This document shows, in pieces, positions 17,780 to 32,086 of a DNA stretch of 64,000 bases. Both the position numbers and the translations under genes were made by a program. The notes under the pieces are model-generated. The model was not told where the DNA came from. It worked only from the letters and a program-made list of their open reading frames with translations, and ran no database searches. Each line of letters opens with the position of its first letter. Position 1 is the first letter of the stretch. Where the stretch lies: assembly GCF_009914755.1 (NCBI RefSeq), contig NC_060937.1; one strand, written 5' to 3'. Source of the DNA: the human T2T-CHM13v2.0 reference genome, Homo sapiens.

Positions 17780-17940
17780 GTGTGAGAGCCAATTGTATAC
17801 ATCCCTTCTCACCTCTGTATCCAGTGAAACATGTTGATAGCTTGAAATGGCCATGAAGGGAGTATTTATACCACAAAATCAGCAACTATGAATCAAATGC
17901 TCCCCATAGCCAGTATTACCATTCTACCAGGACATCACTG
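17780..17940 (+). mobile_element. MER63A-like hAT-Blackjack element
   Basis: GAGAGCCAATTGT..TAGCTTGAAATGGCCATG..GGGAGTATTTATACCAC..ACCAGGACATCACTG. Confidence 0.7.
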
Positions 17941-20238
17941 AGAGGAAGTGAAGGGATTTCTTAGGACTTAGGGGTTTAGTAATTATCAACTTTTGTTTAT
18001 TAATCTTGGAATTTCTTTGGCAGCGCAGTTTTTAAAAGAATTTAGTTAGCTCTGAGTCTGTAAATTCCATGGGTTAATCACCAACTCTGTTGATGTAAAG
18101 TTAGAGTCTTTCAACATAGAAGCTGGGCAGGGGATTTGTACTTCTTAGCAACTACCTTCAGTTCCTTCTTTGTTTGCCTAGACCCCAGTTTCAGGACCTT
18201 TATCTCGGCCTTTGTCTCCCAGCACAGTGAACATATGGTCTGCCAGTGAAGAGGCAATGGCTAATTGACTTTTGGCCCCCAAGCTGCAAACCCAGTGAAT
18301 ATTTGCAATTAAAATAATTATCCCCTGTTGCAAGAAGAGAATTTATAACAAGTGATGCTAGGTAGGAGCCAGACCATCAGACTTCTTTTAAGTGCCAGTT
18401 TCATCTCATGCTAGGTTTCCCACCTCCTGCTTTGTTTATATTTCTCTAGCTTAGTGCAGATTATTTTATTTGTATAATATTGCAAACCTTCAGATCACTG
18501 AACCCTCAGCCATCTTGGATTATAGGGCATTGACAAAGAATGTCTTTCTGAGAATATTTTTAAAATCTTTCAAATGGGTCAATTTCTATGAAGTTGTTCT
18601 CTCTCTTGTAGGAAGAAAATCAAGAGACTATGGTATCTGGCAAGTCAAATGAAGAATATGTATCAGAGTGAAAGAAATGCTCAACTGTGTCCATTGTCAA
18701 GGCTGATTGGCCACAAAAGGGTAAAGAAAGACTGAGTACTGGATTTGGCAATCTGCAGACCTATGATGACCTTGAGCAGTTTCAAAGGAGTAATGGGGAC
18801 AAAATGAGATGGGTTTAAGTGAAAATAGAGGAGAGAAATTGGAGAAAGTAAGTAAGTCTTTGACAGGGTTTTGGTGTGAAGAAGAGCTTCCAATATTATT
18901 TCTAACCCAATAAGCTTTTGACTGCATGCCCCTCAATATATTACTTTCAAAGAGAAGGGTATTTTTCTACTGGGTCTGTCACATTCCTGTAACTACTCTA
19001 ATGAGCCTAACTCATTACCACCTTATGGAATCTATAGGTATTACAAAAATGAGTGTTTTTTTTGTTTTGTTTTGTTTTGTTTTTTAAAAAAACCCTTTTA
19101 CCTTTTTGCTGTTAGTCAATAGTATAACAAGGGTCACAGTCAGGGCCATTTGTTGAGAATTTATGACAGCTAATATATATAGTGACTTGAATTACCCAGG
19201 ATCCCTGAGTTCTTTTTATTACCTAAAATGATCAAGAAACAGCTTCTGATATATATTTTTAGTTTTATTGTTAATAAAATGAAGATTAAAAAATACAGAT
19301 ACAATACTGCAACATAAATAAAAAATAGACTTAAAAAGTAGTTTGAGGTATAATGAACAAAATTATACACATTCCAGGCATTATTAATCTATTTACATTT
19401 TTATCCACTATATTTAATTCCACTTATTAATACTTCCTGGGAAATCTCATTTTACTTTGTTAAAGTTAGAATAATCAATTTTAAAGCTATCATCTGCTGG
19501 AAGGTCTAAATTTGAGAATGAATGAATTTATGCAGGCTTTTCTAAGAGCCTTGAATTTTAAAAAGACTTACAGTTTATATATAATAAGGATCAACCTCTC
19601 CCCCACCGCTCATTTGTAGATAGAATGTGCATTTGGAGGTAATACTATCCTGGCTATTTGCTTGACATTTCTGAACAGAGCTTAAGTACAGGAAGTAATG
19701 AAGAGCAGTGATAATGGAAGGAAATGCTGAACAATATTATTATTCAGCTCAGTTCCTACCTTCTGCCTCCCACATGCTGTTTTTCAGCAGTAGGGGCTAT
19801 CTTTGGTGGGGTATTTTTGTTTTTTGTTTTTTTGCATTTTGATGTGGGGAGGAGGAAAATATCTCCAGTCCTTAGAAGACAAAGAGGTTGGCATGCTTGG
19901 GAGAGACAGGATTCATTTTTGCTGTGTTTCAGGAACACCCTCCAGTCCCCTGACTTCTGACTTTACTCCACACAGGCACTTGTCCTTCATTCAGCCACTG
20001 TCCTGTATTCGGGACTATGGCTTCAGGACATTGGCAGCTGATTATTGTTACTGTCCCGGGCTATAAATAAGGTTAACCTATATCCAATCAGTTATCCAGA
20101 CCAAATTTTCCCTTATAGCCTAGTTTGAAACTGCAAAATGCAAAATGTTTCAAGCTCCTTGTCCTGTAGCAGGAGACAAGTCTGATTCTACACAGAGTTC
20201 CTTTGCCTTATGTGAGCCTGCAGATAAATATTTTGGAA

Positions 20239-20270
20239 TATGTGTGTGTATATATATATATGTATATATG

Positions 20271-20310
<40 letters not shown>
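20239..20310. repeat. Compound (TA)n(TG)n microsatellite
   Basis: Directly visible. Confidence 0.95.
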
Positions 20311-20312
<2 letters not shown>

Positions 20313-22889
20313 AAAATATTTTTAAGAAAACACAAAGAAAACTATTTTCCCATGATTCCTATTTTTGCCATTAATCACCATCTCTAAAGATATTAAGTAA
20401 TATATTTTGAACCTTTTATATATAATAAAATAATATTTGTTAGAATGGTAATAATGGGTCCATTTTCATATATAAATGTAAACATATTAATTTAAATGCA
20501 TTCAATTAATTTAAATACACTTCATATTAACAAGGAAAAATTATGGGGGAATACATTTAGTGTAATTGATAACTATTATGATGATGGTCGTGATCATTTT
20601 GTAGTTTTGAGGATGTCCTGGGACAGATAAAGGTATAGACTCAAATGATGCCTCTAGGGATTTTTTTCATTGCTTCTTACGATGAATTGGTGATTTGTTT
20701 GATAACATTCGAACATGTAAATGAAAAAGTACATGAAGTTCTTTTAATCTAGAAAGGATGAATGCTATCACTACACTAATTTCAGTCTGATCTAACCTGG
20801 CATAAACATTTCAAGTTAGTTAGATGATGACCCACGTTTATCACATTCCGTGATCAGTGTTTATTGAGTATTTGCTGTATAACGGACACTGTATGTGTAT
20901 TTTATCTCATTTAATCCTCAAAGCAATCCTACCAAGACAGTCCATGAAAAGATAATGAGGGTTTAGAGGGTTTAGAGAAGTTAAGTAGCTCTTCTGGTAT
21001 CACACTGCCAATAAAAGGTGGAGCCAAAATTCAAATCTGCATGTCTAACTTTCAAGCTCTGTGACCAGGCTGAGTAGTAAAAGGATGAAATAATGGTTGA
21101 AAATGGTTGAAATGGTTGAAAATGGTTGAAAAGGAAAATAAATGGTTGAAAAAGGATGAAATAATGCTGACGTTAAGCACCTCACATCTCAGAATTGAAT
21201 GCATAAACACATAAATGATATCAATGTGGTACAGCGAGAACTGTAGAAAATGGATATACAAAATGGCATGTGACCATAGAGGCGGGAGGCAGCAATTGCA
21301 TCTGGGTAAATCAGGCAAGGGTTCGCAGAAGTGATAGCTGAGGCACAAATGAGAAGAGCAGCATTCGAGACTAAGGACACAATCAGTAAAAAGCCATCAA
21401 AGAGGAAAAGGCATTAGCACGTTATGGAAATCATGCAAAGTTCGATATTGGGGTAGAGGTGGTTGTGGCAGGAGCATTGGAATTAACTACGGCGATGCTC
21501 TGAATTTACTCTATTGAATAACTGAATATTAAAATAGTCTGCGAGGATTAGAGAGCATAAGTTAGAGGTTAAGTGACTAAGACAGGACTTATGACTTGCT
21601 AAGTTTTTAGCTAGGTCTATTTCTCTAGTTATTTTTATTACTTTATCAGCATCCTTCAGAACACATCCTTTCTGTGGATTTTTTTGTTTTAGGTCAACAA
21701 TTCCATGTGCATTTCAGCTAATGCCTCATTATTATGCTAACTGTATTTTCTTTGTTGAAATTCTATATTACAGTGTGTTACTATATATGGCAGGGTATGA
21801 TTTGGCCTTGCCGAACTTTGGGCCATTACCAGTGGCTTCAGATTGAACAGGGTTATTTTGAGGTCATTCACTGACGCTATAAAGGATTGAATTATTTACG
21901 ACTTTAATATTCACCAGTGTTTCTAGCTGAAGATCCAATATACCGCTGAATATTATCTGTCAACAAAATGCTGCATCTGTTCCATTTGTTGATGACTGAT
22001 AAAACAAAGCAGTTGAATTCTGCTTTGAACTAAATATGGGTAGAATTTCCACCTCAAGCATTTTAATACAAATAATATTTATAATTAATAGTAATAATAT
22101 TTATGTCTGATACTAATTGACACCAATCATAATGCATAAAAGTAAACATATATATCACTATAATATTGCTTTATTACTATATTTACTATTTTTACTTTTG
22201 CATAAGAGAGACTGATTGGGGGAAATAGGTATCTCACTCAAATACTAGGCATAAAACAGCTACATTTCTGTAACAAAAGTCTGGCATAAAAAATTATTTT
22301 TTTAAGAATTAAAAAAGCAAACACCTCTATCTCATTTGACCACATTTTCCTTATATTTATTACCTTCAGCAAAGTAAGAAAGATAGATATTAGTTAATAT
22401 GAGAGAAGAGGTAGAAGAAATATTTTAGAGTAGTGACTAACATTCCCTCTTTTTAAAAGGCATCTGAAAAATAAATATATTGATAATTTTATAGAATTAA
22501 ACCTTAGAGATGGAAGGCAGTTTAGAGTTCAATTTTAATCATTTTAAAAACAGGTTTTTTAAAATTGTCATTGTCAAAACATTTATCTGTAAGCATCAAC
22601 CCTGAAGTGGGTCTTCATTACCTCATGGTAGTTTTTCCTCTGTACTAATCAGACAGTACCAGGCATTTCTGGGAACAGCACTAGGAAATTTTCCCAAGGG
22701 ACAATGATATATCTGGGAGTTGCATTACTGACCCAAAACTTGGCATATAATAAATCAAGATATGTCCAATAATACGGCATAAAAGCAAATGTTGAGGCAT
22801 AGTGCCGACTAAGGGAAATGATGCAGATAAAGGTCCAGCAAGAGTGCCTGGCATATGGGAGCCAAACCAAACGTGTTAGTTTCTCATAT

Positions 22890-23503
22890 CCCAGAATAAG
22901 GTTATTTTGGCTGCTTAACAAATTGCCCCAAAACTTAATGGCTTTAAATAGTAATGATCACTTATTCCCTTTCACGGTTCCTGTGGGCCAGGAAATCAGA
23001 CAGGGCACACAGACTCAGCTTTCCTCTGCTCCACAACATCTGAAGCCTCAGCTGGAATACTCAAAGGCTAATGGCTGCTTCATGTGAAGGCTTCTTCACT
23101 CCCATGTCTGGCAGGTGATGGTGATTTTTGATTGGGGACCTAACTAGGGCTGCTGACTGAAACAACTACAGGTGGCCTCTCTGTGTCACCTGAGATTCCT
23201 TACAACATAGTGGTTGGAGTCTAAGGACAAGCATCAAGATAGCTTAATAGATGATAGATAGATAGAGAGAGAGAGACAGAGAGACATACTACACAGGAGT
23301 TGTTTTGCCTTTTATGATCTAGCCTCAGAAATCAAGCAGCCTTACCTCTGCCAGATTCTTATGGTCAAGGAAATTACAAAGATCCAAAAGGTGGAAATAG
23401 AAACTCCATCTTTCACTGGAGGCATGTGGATGCCACACTGTAAGAAGAGCATGGGAGGAGCTATATATTGGTGCAGCCATCTTCGGAAAATGCAATTTGC
23501 TAA
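22890..23503 (-). mobile_element. MLT1G/H-type MaLR LTR
   Basis: AACAAATTGCCCCAAAACTTAATGGCTT start, CCTTTTATGATCTAGCCTCAGAA, and GCCATCTTCGGAAAATGCAAT end. Confidence 0.7.
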
Positions 23504-23908
23504 CCTATCAATAATATGAAATAATAAAATTATACTTTTATTATTTAAAATCATAGAAAGTAGAAGGTTCTAGAGGATTTTTATTCTCCACCTCTTCAAG
23601 CAATTTAACCCCCTGAATGAAAAATAGAGTCTAAGAGAAATAGATTATCTGAATGGAACCATTCACCTGGTTATTCCAGTGTCAAGAGTTAAACCCAGGT
23701 TTGCTGAATCTCAATTTTATAGTGATTTACCTTATAAATATGCTATAAAATATGTCTGAGTTTGTTCGTTGATTTTAAAAAGGGCTCAATGTATTTTAAA
23801 CTATCCATTTGTATAAAAAACACAATCCTTATATGAGAAATCTGAATTATTAAAACTAATATTAGAGGAGGATATTCCCCAGCTGGGAGTTTTAAAGATG
23901 TAGGTGTG

Positions 23909-25193
23909 ATCTACAACCATCTGATCTTCAACAAGGTCGACAAAAGCAAACAATGGGGAAAGGATTCCCTATTCTGTAAGTGGTACTGGGATAACTAGCT
24001 AGCCATATGCAGAAGAATAACACTGGACCCTTATCTCTCACCACATACAAAAATTAACTCCAGATGTTTTAAATATTTAAATGTAAGACCTCAAAGTATA
24101 AAAATCCTAGAAGAAAACCTAGGAAATAACCTTCTCACGATTGGCCTTGGCAAATAAATTTTTGGTTAAGATTCCAAAAGCAATTGCAACAAAAACAAAA
24201 ATTGACAAGTGGAACCTAATTGAACTAAAAAGCTTCTGCACAGCAAAGGAAGCTATCAACAGAGTAAACAGATGACCTACAGAATGGGAGAAAATACTCA
24301 CGAATTATGCATCTGACAAAAGTCTAACTTAGAGGAATTAAATCAAGCTAAAAACAACCTTATTAAAAAATACACAAAGGATATGAAAAGACTCTTCTCA
24401 AAAGAAGACATACAAGTGGCCAAGAAACATACAAAAAATGCTCAACATCACTAATCATCAGAGAAACGCAAATCAAAACCACAATAAGATACCATCTTGC
24501 ACCAGTCAGAATGGCTATTATTTAAAAGTCAAAAACAACAGATGTTGATGAGGTTGAGAGAAAAGGAAATGCTTATGCACTGTTGGTAGAAATGTAAATT
24601 AGTTCATTTTACTAATGAAATGTAAAACAGTTTGGAGATCTCTCAAAGAACTTAAAACATATTTACCATTTGGCCCAGCAATTCCATTACTGGGTATGTA
24701 CCCAAAGGAAAATAGATTATTATACCAAAAGGCACATGTACTTATATGTTCATTGCGGCACTATTCACAATAGCAAAGACATGGAATCAACCTAGGTGCC
24801 CATCAGTGGTGGACTGGATAAAGAAAATGTGGTACATATACACCATGTATATGTACCACATATACTACATAGCCATAAACAAGAATGAAATATGTCTTTA
24901 TTATTAATGCAGGAAGAGAAAACCAAATACCACCTGTTCTTACTTATAAGTGGGAGCTAAACATTGAGCACACACAGGCATAAATATGGGAACAACAGAC
25001 ACTGTGGACTACTGGAGAAGGGAGGTGGGGAGGTGGGTGCGGGTTGAAAAACTACCTATTCGGTACTGTGCTCACTACCTAGGTGCAATATACAAAGGTA
25101 GCAAACTTGCACATGTACCCCTTGTTTCTAAAATAAAAGTTGAAATTTAAAATAAATAAATTAAAAATCCAGACTTAACTTGAAAAAAAAAAA
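23909..25193 (+). mobile_element. 5'-truncated older primate L1 (L1PA13-16/L1PB-like): ORF2 end plus 3' UTR
   Basis: Continuous L1 homology from ATCTACAACCATCTGATC to CTAAAATAAAAGTTGAAA. Degenerate TSD AAAGATGTAGGTGTG / AAAAAAGTTGGTGTG. Confidence 0.9.
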
Positions 25194-25602
25194 GTTGGTG
25201 TGTCTGACAAACAGCCTAGCTTGTGATCTCCCTGACATCTACTTGTATGAGCTGGATGTATAGGTCAGTTTCAGCAAGACTGAGGAGTGGAGAGGACAGT
25301 ATAGTGTCTGTTCCTCAACCCTGTTCCATGCAGTTTCTTGTTTGGGTTGTAGGGAACCAGAGGGCTGAAGCAAAAGCTGCTCCAAAAGGAACTTGTGAGA
25401 CCACAGAGTAAGCTGAGCTGCCCTGGGTCCCAGGTGACTCAAATGCAACTGGGATTTGGAGAGGGGCAGTCCTCGTTTCATGCACAGAAACAGGAGAGAA
25501 CACATTGCTGCTTGACATATTGAGATTGTGCAGGTTTGGGGTCAGTAACAATCTTCTATGCAGAGAAACAGCATTTTCAAAGAAGTCACTGCAGCGTGAT
25601 AA

Positions 25603-25989
<387 letters not shown>

Positions 25990-26659
25990 TAGTGGAGGAC
26001 TGTTACTGTCCATGTTTACACAGCCCCTGAGGAATCCTTGCAAAACTATAATGAATTATTGTGAGAGAGCAGGGGTTAGGGGGATGATGTTTAAATCCTG
26101 TAGTTATGTTGTGAAGAGTGACAATAAAATTGAGTATAAATGCTTATGTAGCCTCAGTTGAACCTGCTGGCAGATACAGCCTGTGAATATTTGGATCGCG
26201 CTAATAAATTATAGTTAACATTTAATTAGCAATGATTTTATTTGACTTAGAATTCTGAAGGGTATTTGAAAGAATCATTTGGGTAAGTTTTGTCTAAAAA
26301 TACCTAAACTGTTACCTTTTCCTCCTTTCATTCTGAGTCAAGCTGAAGCATTATAAAATTACCCAATTTATTACCCTTTACAAAAACATTTACTGAAGAA
26401 TCTATTTGAAATCATTCTTATAGATTTCTTTTGTTGCTGTTGTTGTAATTTAGAGATCCTCAGCCTCTGTAATCTGGATGTCTTGTTTACTGTCTCAGTC
26501 TTTGCTGTTCCCAGAATCCTAATTTTCCCTAAGTTCCAAGTCTCCTCATGCCACCTAAAATCCAGAGGGGTTTGGAAATTTACAAAAATCACAAAAGCGA
26601 TGTTAGGATGGTTTATGGAAGTGGAGACAGGGTTGCGTAGGTGGTTGGAGGGTGGATAA

Positions 26660-26760
26660 TGTGTTATCCAAAGCTTAGGCTCAAACCCCAGCTCTGCCAC
26701 TGACCAACTATGCATGCAAATTTGGGCCTTAGTTTCCTGATCTGCAAAATGAGGACTTTA

Positions 26761-26807
<47 letters not shown>

Positions 26808-26860
26808 CTAATAGCTTTGTTGCTAGGATTAAATGATCTAATACATAAAAAGGTGTGGCT
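26660..26860 (+). mobile_element. MIR containing a (CA)22 microsatellite at 26762-26805
   Basis: CAGCTCTGCCAC..AGTTTCCTGATCTGCAAAATGAGG..GGATTAAATGA. Confidence 0.7.
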
Positions 26861-27571
26861 CTCATTGCAGGAACTTTCCTTATTTAGGTCATGGAAGAGT
26901 TATGCACCAAGTTTTTTCAAAAAGTGCTAACTGGATAAAGCGATCTCCACCCAACACCTCCCTTAATCCCTGCTTACATGATACTCCTCTACATGAGCTG
27001 GTTTGTTTCTAAAGGTCATTCTCAAGAAGTGGAGCATAGATGTTAATTGGACAGTTTTGAATGTGCAGAGAGGTTTTAAAAAAAAAGCTTTGAAAAGTAA
27101 AAATAGCGTTTATTTATTACTGAAACATTTTAGGCATAAAAGTGAATGTAAACCTGCTTCATTTCCTCTGCGCTTAGAAAATTTGCCCCTAAGTCCTTTA
27201 TAGCAAAAATGAGCAGAAGTGACTCCTTGCTGGTGATGCAGAGGTCTCATATTTTTAGCCCTAGAAAGTCAGTGAAGAGAGTTGGACTGTGAGAGCAGCG
27301 TTTCAAAGCTCAGCTCTACTTTTTTGGCCTACAAACATCCCATCGAAACTCAGTATGACAGCTAGTGCTCTGACAGCTGGTGAATAGGGATTTTAAAAAA
27401 AGAAAGAGAAAAAAATCTACTATGTGAGAGGGATAATCACCTGGAAGGTATTACTTGGATCAGTGCTATAGTGAGTTATAGGAATGGAGGGTGGAAAATA
27501 AATAATTGATCTTTGGCACCAAGTTTATGATTAAGGATTTCACAGAAAGAAGGAAGATAGTTAAGACAGTG

Positions 27572-28388
27572 CAGTTTTCCCTAAATTTTAATTATCCACA
27601 AGCCTCCCTTACAATTTTGCCACATCCACACACTTCCTGTATTATTGTTTGCTTAATATGAGTTTTTGAACAGTTACTTTAAAAAATCTTATGTGTATTT
27701 ATTATTGTTGTTGTTATTTTAATTTAGAGACAGGTTCTCACTCTGTCACCCAGACTGGAGTGCAATGGCATGATCATAGCTTACTGTAGCTTTGAACTCC
27801 TGGGCTCAAGCGAGCCTCCTGCCTTAGCCCCCTGAGTAGCTAGAACTACAGGCATACAACACCATGCCTGACTAATTTTCAATTTTTTTGAAGAGATGGA
27901 GTCTCGCTATGTCGCCTAGGTGGTCTTGAACTTCTGGCCTCAAGTGATCCTTCTACCTCAGCCTCCCAAAATGCTAGGATTACAGATGTGAGCCGCTGCA
28001 CCTGGCCTTGTGTGTATTTAAACAGAAAACTTTATTCACTACTGTTAATGAAATGTCAAAATAATGTGTCATAAGTATAAAACATAAATATAATAAAAAT
28101 AAAATAATGTTATTAAATTATAGCTAGATATTGTAGTCTACAGAAGATTATGACCTTGAGGCCTGCTATCTTTTTGTTAAAAATGGATTTTGGCAAGTGT
28201 TAAAGGGATGTTAACTCACTCCAAACTGACACCTTCTCTTTGAGGCTGTTGGACAAATGGAAGGGGAAATAGCTTTCTCATTATGGGATTGATCCAGCAA
28301 TATTTATTGAGTCAATGTTATTTAATGTCATGTTACGAACACGTAGAAATGCTGTTTATCTCTACTTGTCCAACATTTTGGGAATAGT
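27572..28388 (+). mobile_element. MER113 (hAT-Charlie), split by a - strand AluJ (~27700-28007)
   Basis: AATGTTATTAAATTATAGCTAGATA..TGAGGCCTGCT..TTTGTTAAAAA matches recalled MER113. The Alu is flanked by TT(A/G)TGTGTATTTA. Confidence 0.75.
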
Positions 28389-29579
28389 GTACTGGTTAAG
28401 AGGGTGGTATGAGTGTTGGACAGACATGAATTTAAATCCCAGCTTTGTCACTTAACGACGAAGCTACCTTAAGATGGTCATTTTACTGCTATCCTTTCTT
28501 CATTTTTATTTAGAAAATATTTAGCACATTGAATAAATTTTGTTGCAATCATGATGTTAATAATGTGAATACTGATGTGCAAGATGGGCTGAGGAGGCTT
28601 GGCTGTATACATAAATTGCCCTTTTATTAAGGTTTTGTCTATAGGTTGTCAAGCAAATACATTTTAACTTAATTTAGCTTATTTGTTTTAAAAACCCAGT
28701 CATATTATTTGTCCTTCTAGCATTCTAGTCCTCCTTCTCGAAATCTGAGTATGGCTTTTCTATCTTTTTGTGGCTTCTTCTTCTGCTGTTTACTGCGGTT
28801 GTTCCTTAGGCTGCATCTTTGCGCCTCTTCTCTGTTTTTACACAACTCCTCAGAAGCCTATTCATTTTTAAAGCTTTAGCAATGTCTTATAAAGTGACTT
28901 CTAAAATCATTATCTCCAAATCTGCCCTTACCTCTTCCCAGCCCACATCTCTATTTGATAATTGCCATGTCTTGTCACTTTAGATTCAGATTTAAAATCA
29001 GCACATTCATTTCATCCTCTGTTCCTTGCCGATGATTCCATCATGTTTCCAGTTCCTTATGAATATAGGAGCTAAGTGCATGCGTTTTGGAGTCAGAATA
29101 TTCTGGAGTCCTGTTTCTACATTTTACCAATTTTAACAGAAAATTACGCATCAACAAGATGCCATTAAACATATGAGATCAAAACTTCCTCATACTTCAA
29201 GAGAAGTGGAGAGTGGCAGAAATAGTCTGTAAAGAAATAGAGCTAACATATTTTTTAACCTTGAATTTCATTACTTTATTGACCACTCTAAAGGAAAGTG
29301 TTAACATTAGTTGAAAAAAGGTGAATAATAAAGCGTATATATTTTTTCTTTTACATAGTTTCTCATGAAGTGTTAGTTCTAAAATTAATTCAAAATAGTT
29401 AGATAAGAGTCCTTTCAGTGTGCTGAAAAGTGGCTTTGTACTAAAGACCAGGGATAAGTGACAGTGGTTGAGCTCTTCAGGAGATCTGAAGAGGGGACTG
29501 CATGTTAGGCCAAGTGTTAATGGTAAGCTTCAGAGAGAGTGAGAGATTTGTAGCATATTTAGACTATGGTAATTTTGAG

Positions 29580-30201
29580 TGTGAGACATAAAGTCACCTG
29601 TCCAAATCCAAAGAATGGACTTAGAGAACTGGAGAACAGTGAAAGTGAGACTTTTAATGATAGTCTTGCAAGATTGAGTGTCTGATGAGCAGGCACACCC
29701 AGCACAGTTTTAACAAGCAATTTATCCCCTAGTGCACAGGTCCTTCCCCCGGTTCCTCATTGGCTGAGTACTATGGGGTCACAGTTTTCCTGGACATTGC
29801 ATATTGATTGTTGGGTAGGGGCTTTAGGTGTTTTTTTTTTTTTTTTTTTTTTTAGGGTTGTCTTGCTGCATTTTATTGCAGCCCACAATGCATTGCAATC
29901 TAGTTAGCTCAGAGGCTCTTCAAGTATTTGACTTAAGACTTAAGTAGCTGGGTAGGCTGATAAGAACAGAAAAAACGAGCTATTTTGCAGGCTAGTAAAC
30001 TTTCATCTTAGACTAAACTTCTTTGATTCAGGTGAGGGCAACTAAGTAGGGGCGGGGAAGGGGGGAGGGTAGGCCAACAAGCAGGCATCAGCTATCCAAA
30101 CAGGAGCTTAGTACATCCTGTTTCTTCTGTAGTTTGTTGGCCTAAGCCGACTTAAGGCACTTTGTCTTGGAAATGGACCACTGTATATATTATTTCCCTC
30201 A
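29580..30201 (-). mobile_element. LTR18B-like ERVL solo LTR
   Basis: The - strand begins TGAGGGAAATAATATATACAGTGGTCCATTTCCAAGACAAAGTGCC (recalled LTR18B start). TG..CA termini, flanked by the direct repeat TGAG. Confidence 0.8.
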
Positions 30202-31187
30202 TGAGGAAGGTGAGAAAATATGGGACGTAATCTTGCAAATTTCATTAACTGTGAAAATTACACCAAAAGTTTACAAAGTTTTTTGGGGGGTCATTTTCCA
30301 CTTCTCTTTAAAAAACAGACGTTCCTGCACACTGTATCATGCTGTAAACACAAAATAGATGTAGTCTTTCTTTGTCCTAAATAGCTAAAATGGTAAGTTT
30401 AATGGCTTTAATATGGCAAAGTTTAGTGCTTGAAATGAATTAACTAAAATATATACAGCTGTATCTTGTGATGTGAAAGCAAAAGAGGCCAATTCCTCTT
30501 GTATATACTTATGAAAAGTCACATGGTAAAACTGTTGGAAAGTGACTGATTTTTACTGAAATCAAAGTGAGTATGGGAATCTAAAATGTATCCAGAAGAT
30601 ACATTAAATTGTGATGTTTCATTTTATAAGTGAGTGCAACTAGCATTCTTTTAAATTATAGGTTCTTCAGGTGATTTCAAATATAATAGGGCCCTCTGGC
30701 ACTGGCTCATCTGTCATTCATAGGTTATTTTAGTATTCCGTAGGATGCAAATGGCTTACAGTCACAAGATGTAATTTGCCTCAGAGGGCCAGGCACTCTT
30801 ATCATCTCACTTTTTATTGTAGCTTCTATTCTTACTTACCCATATTCTTTTACCCTTTTCAGTCTGAGAAACTTTTCCTTTACTAAAATGATAAGAGGCG
30901 AAACAGAGGAGAATGGATTTTCAGTCTCTCTCTTCTGTTAATTTACCACAGACTCGAAATAGATTTCATTCCTCGTTTTTGTTTTCTTGGACCTAACAAT
31001 TTTTTTTTCTACCCTTAGGGTTTCCCCCAACTTCAGCTCATTGTAGACTTTCTATTTTCTGTAAATCAATGATTTATCTAATTAAAAATGGAAATTCATT
31101 TTATCTAGTTAGCTATTACCATTTTTCATGGCACTAAATTATCTATACAGAACATAATTCCAATTTAAAATTTTGATGTGAAATTAG

Positions 31188-31517
<330 letters not shown>

Positions 31518-31602
31518 TAACTTGTAGATCCAATTCTTCTTCATCCATAAATGTTTTGACATAAAATTCTCAATTTAAGGACAATAACATTATCACATTT
31601 AA

Positions 31603-32056
<454 letters not shown>

Positions 32057-32086
32057 TTCTTTTTTTTTTTCTAAAGAATTATTTCT

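Noticed and set aside
21079-21166. Short repeats as a possible CRISPR-like array
   Set aside because: Tandem units without unique spacers, no cas genes, human context; a simple minisatellite
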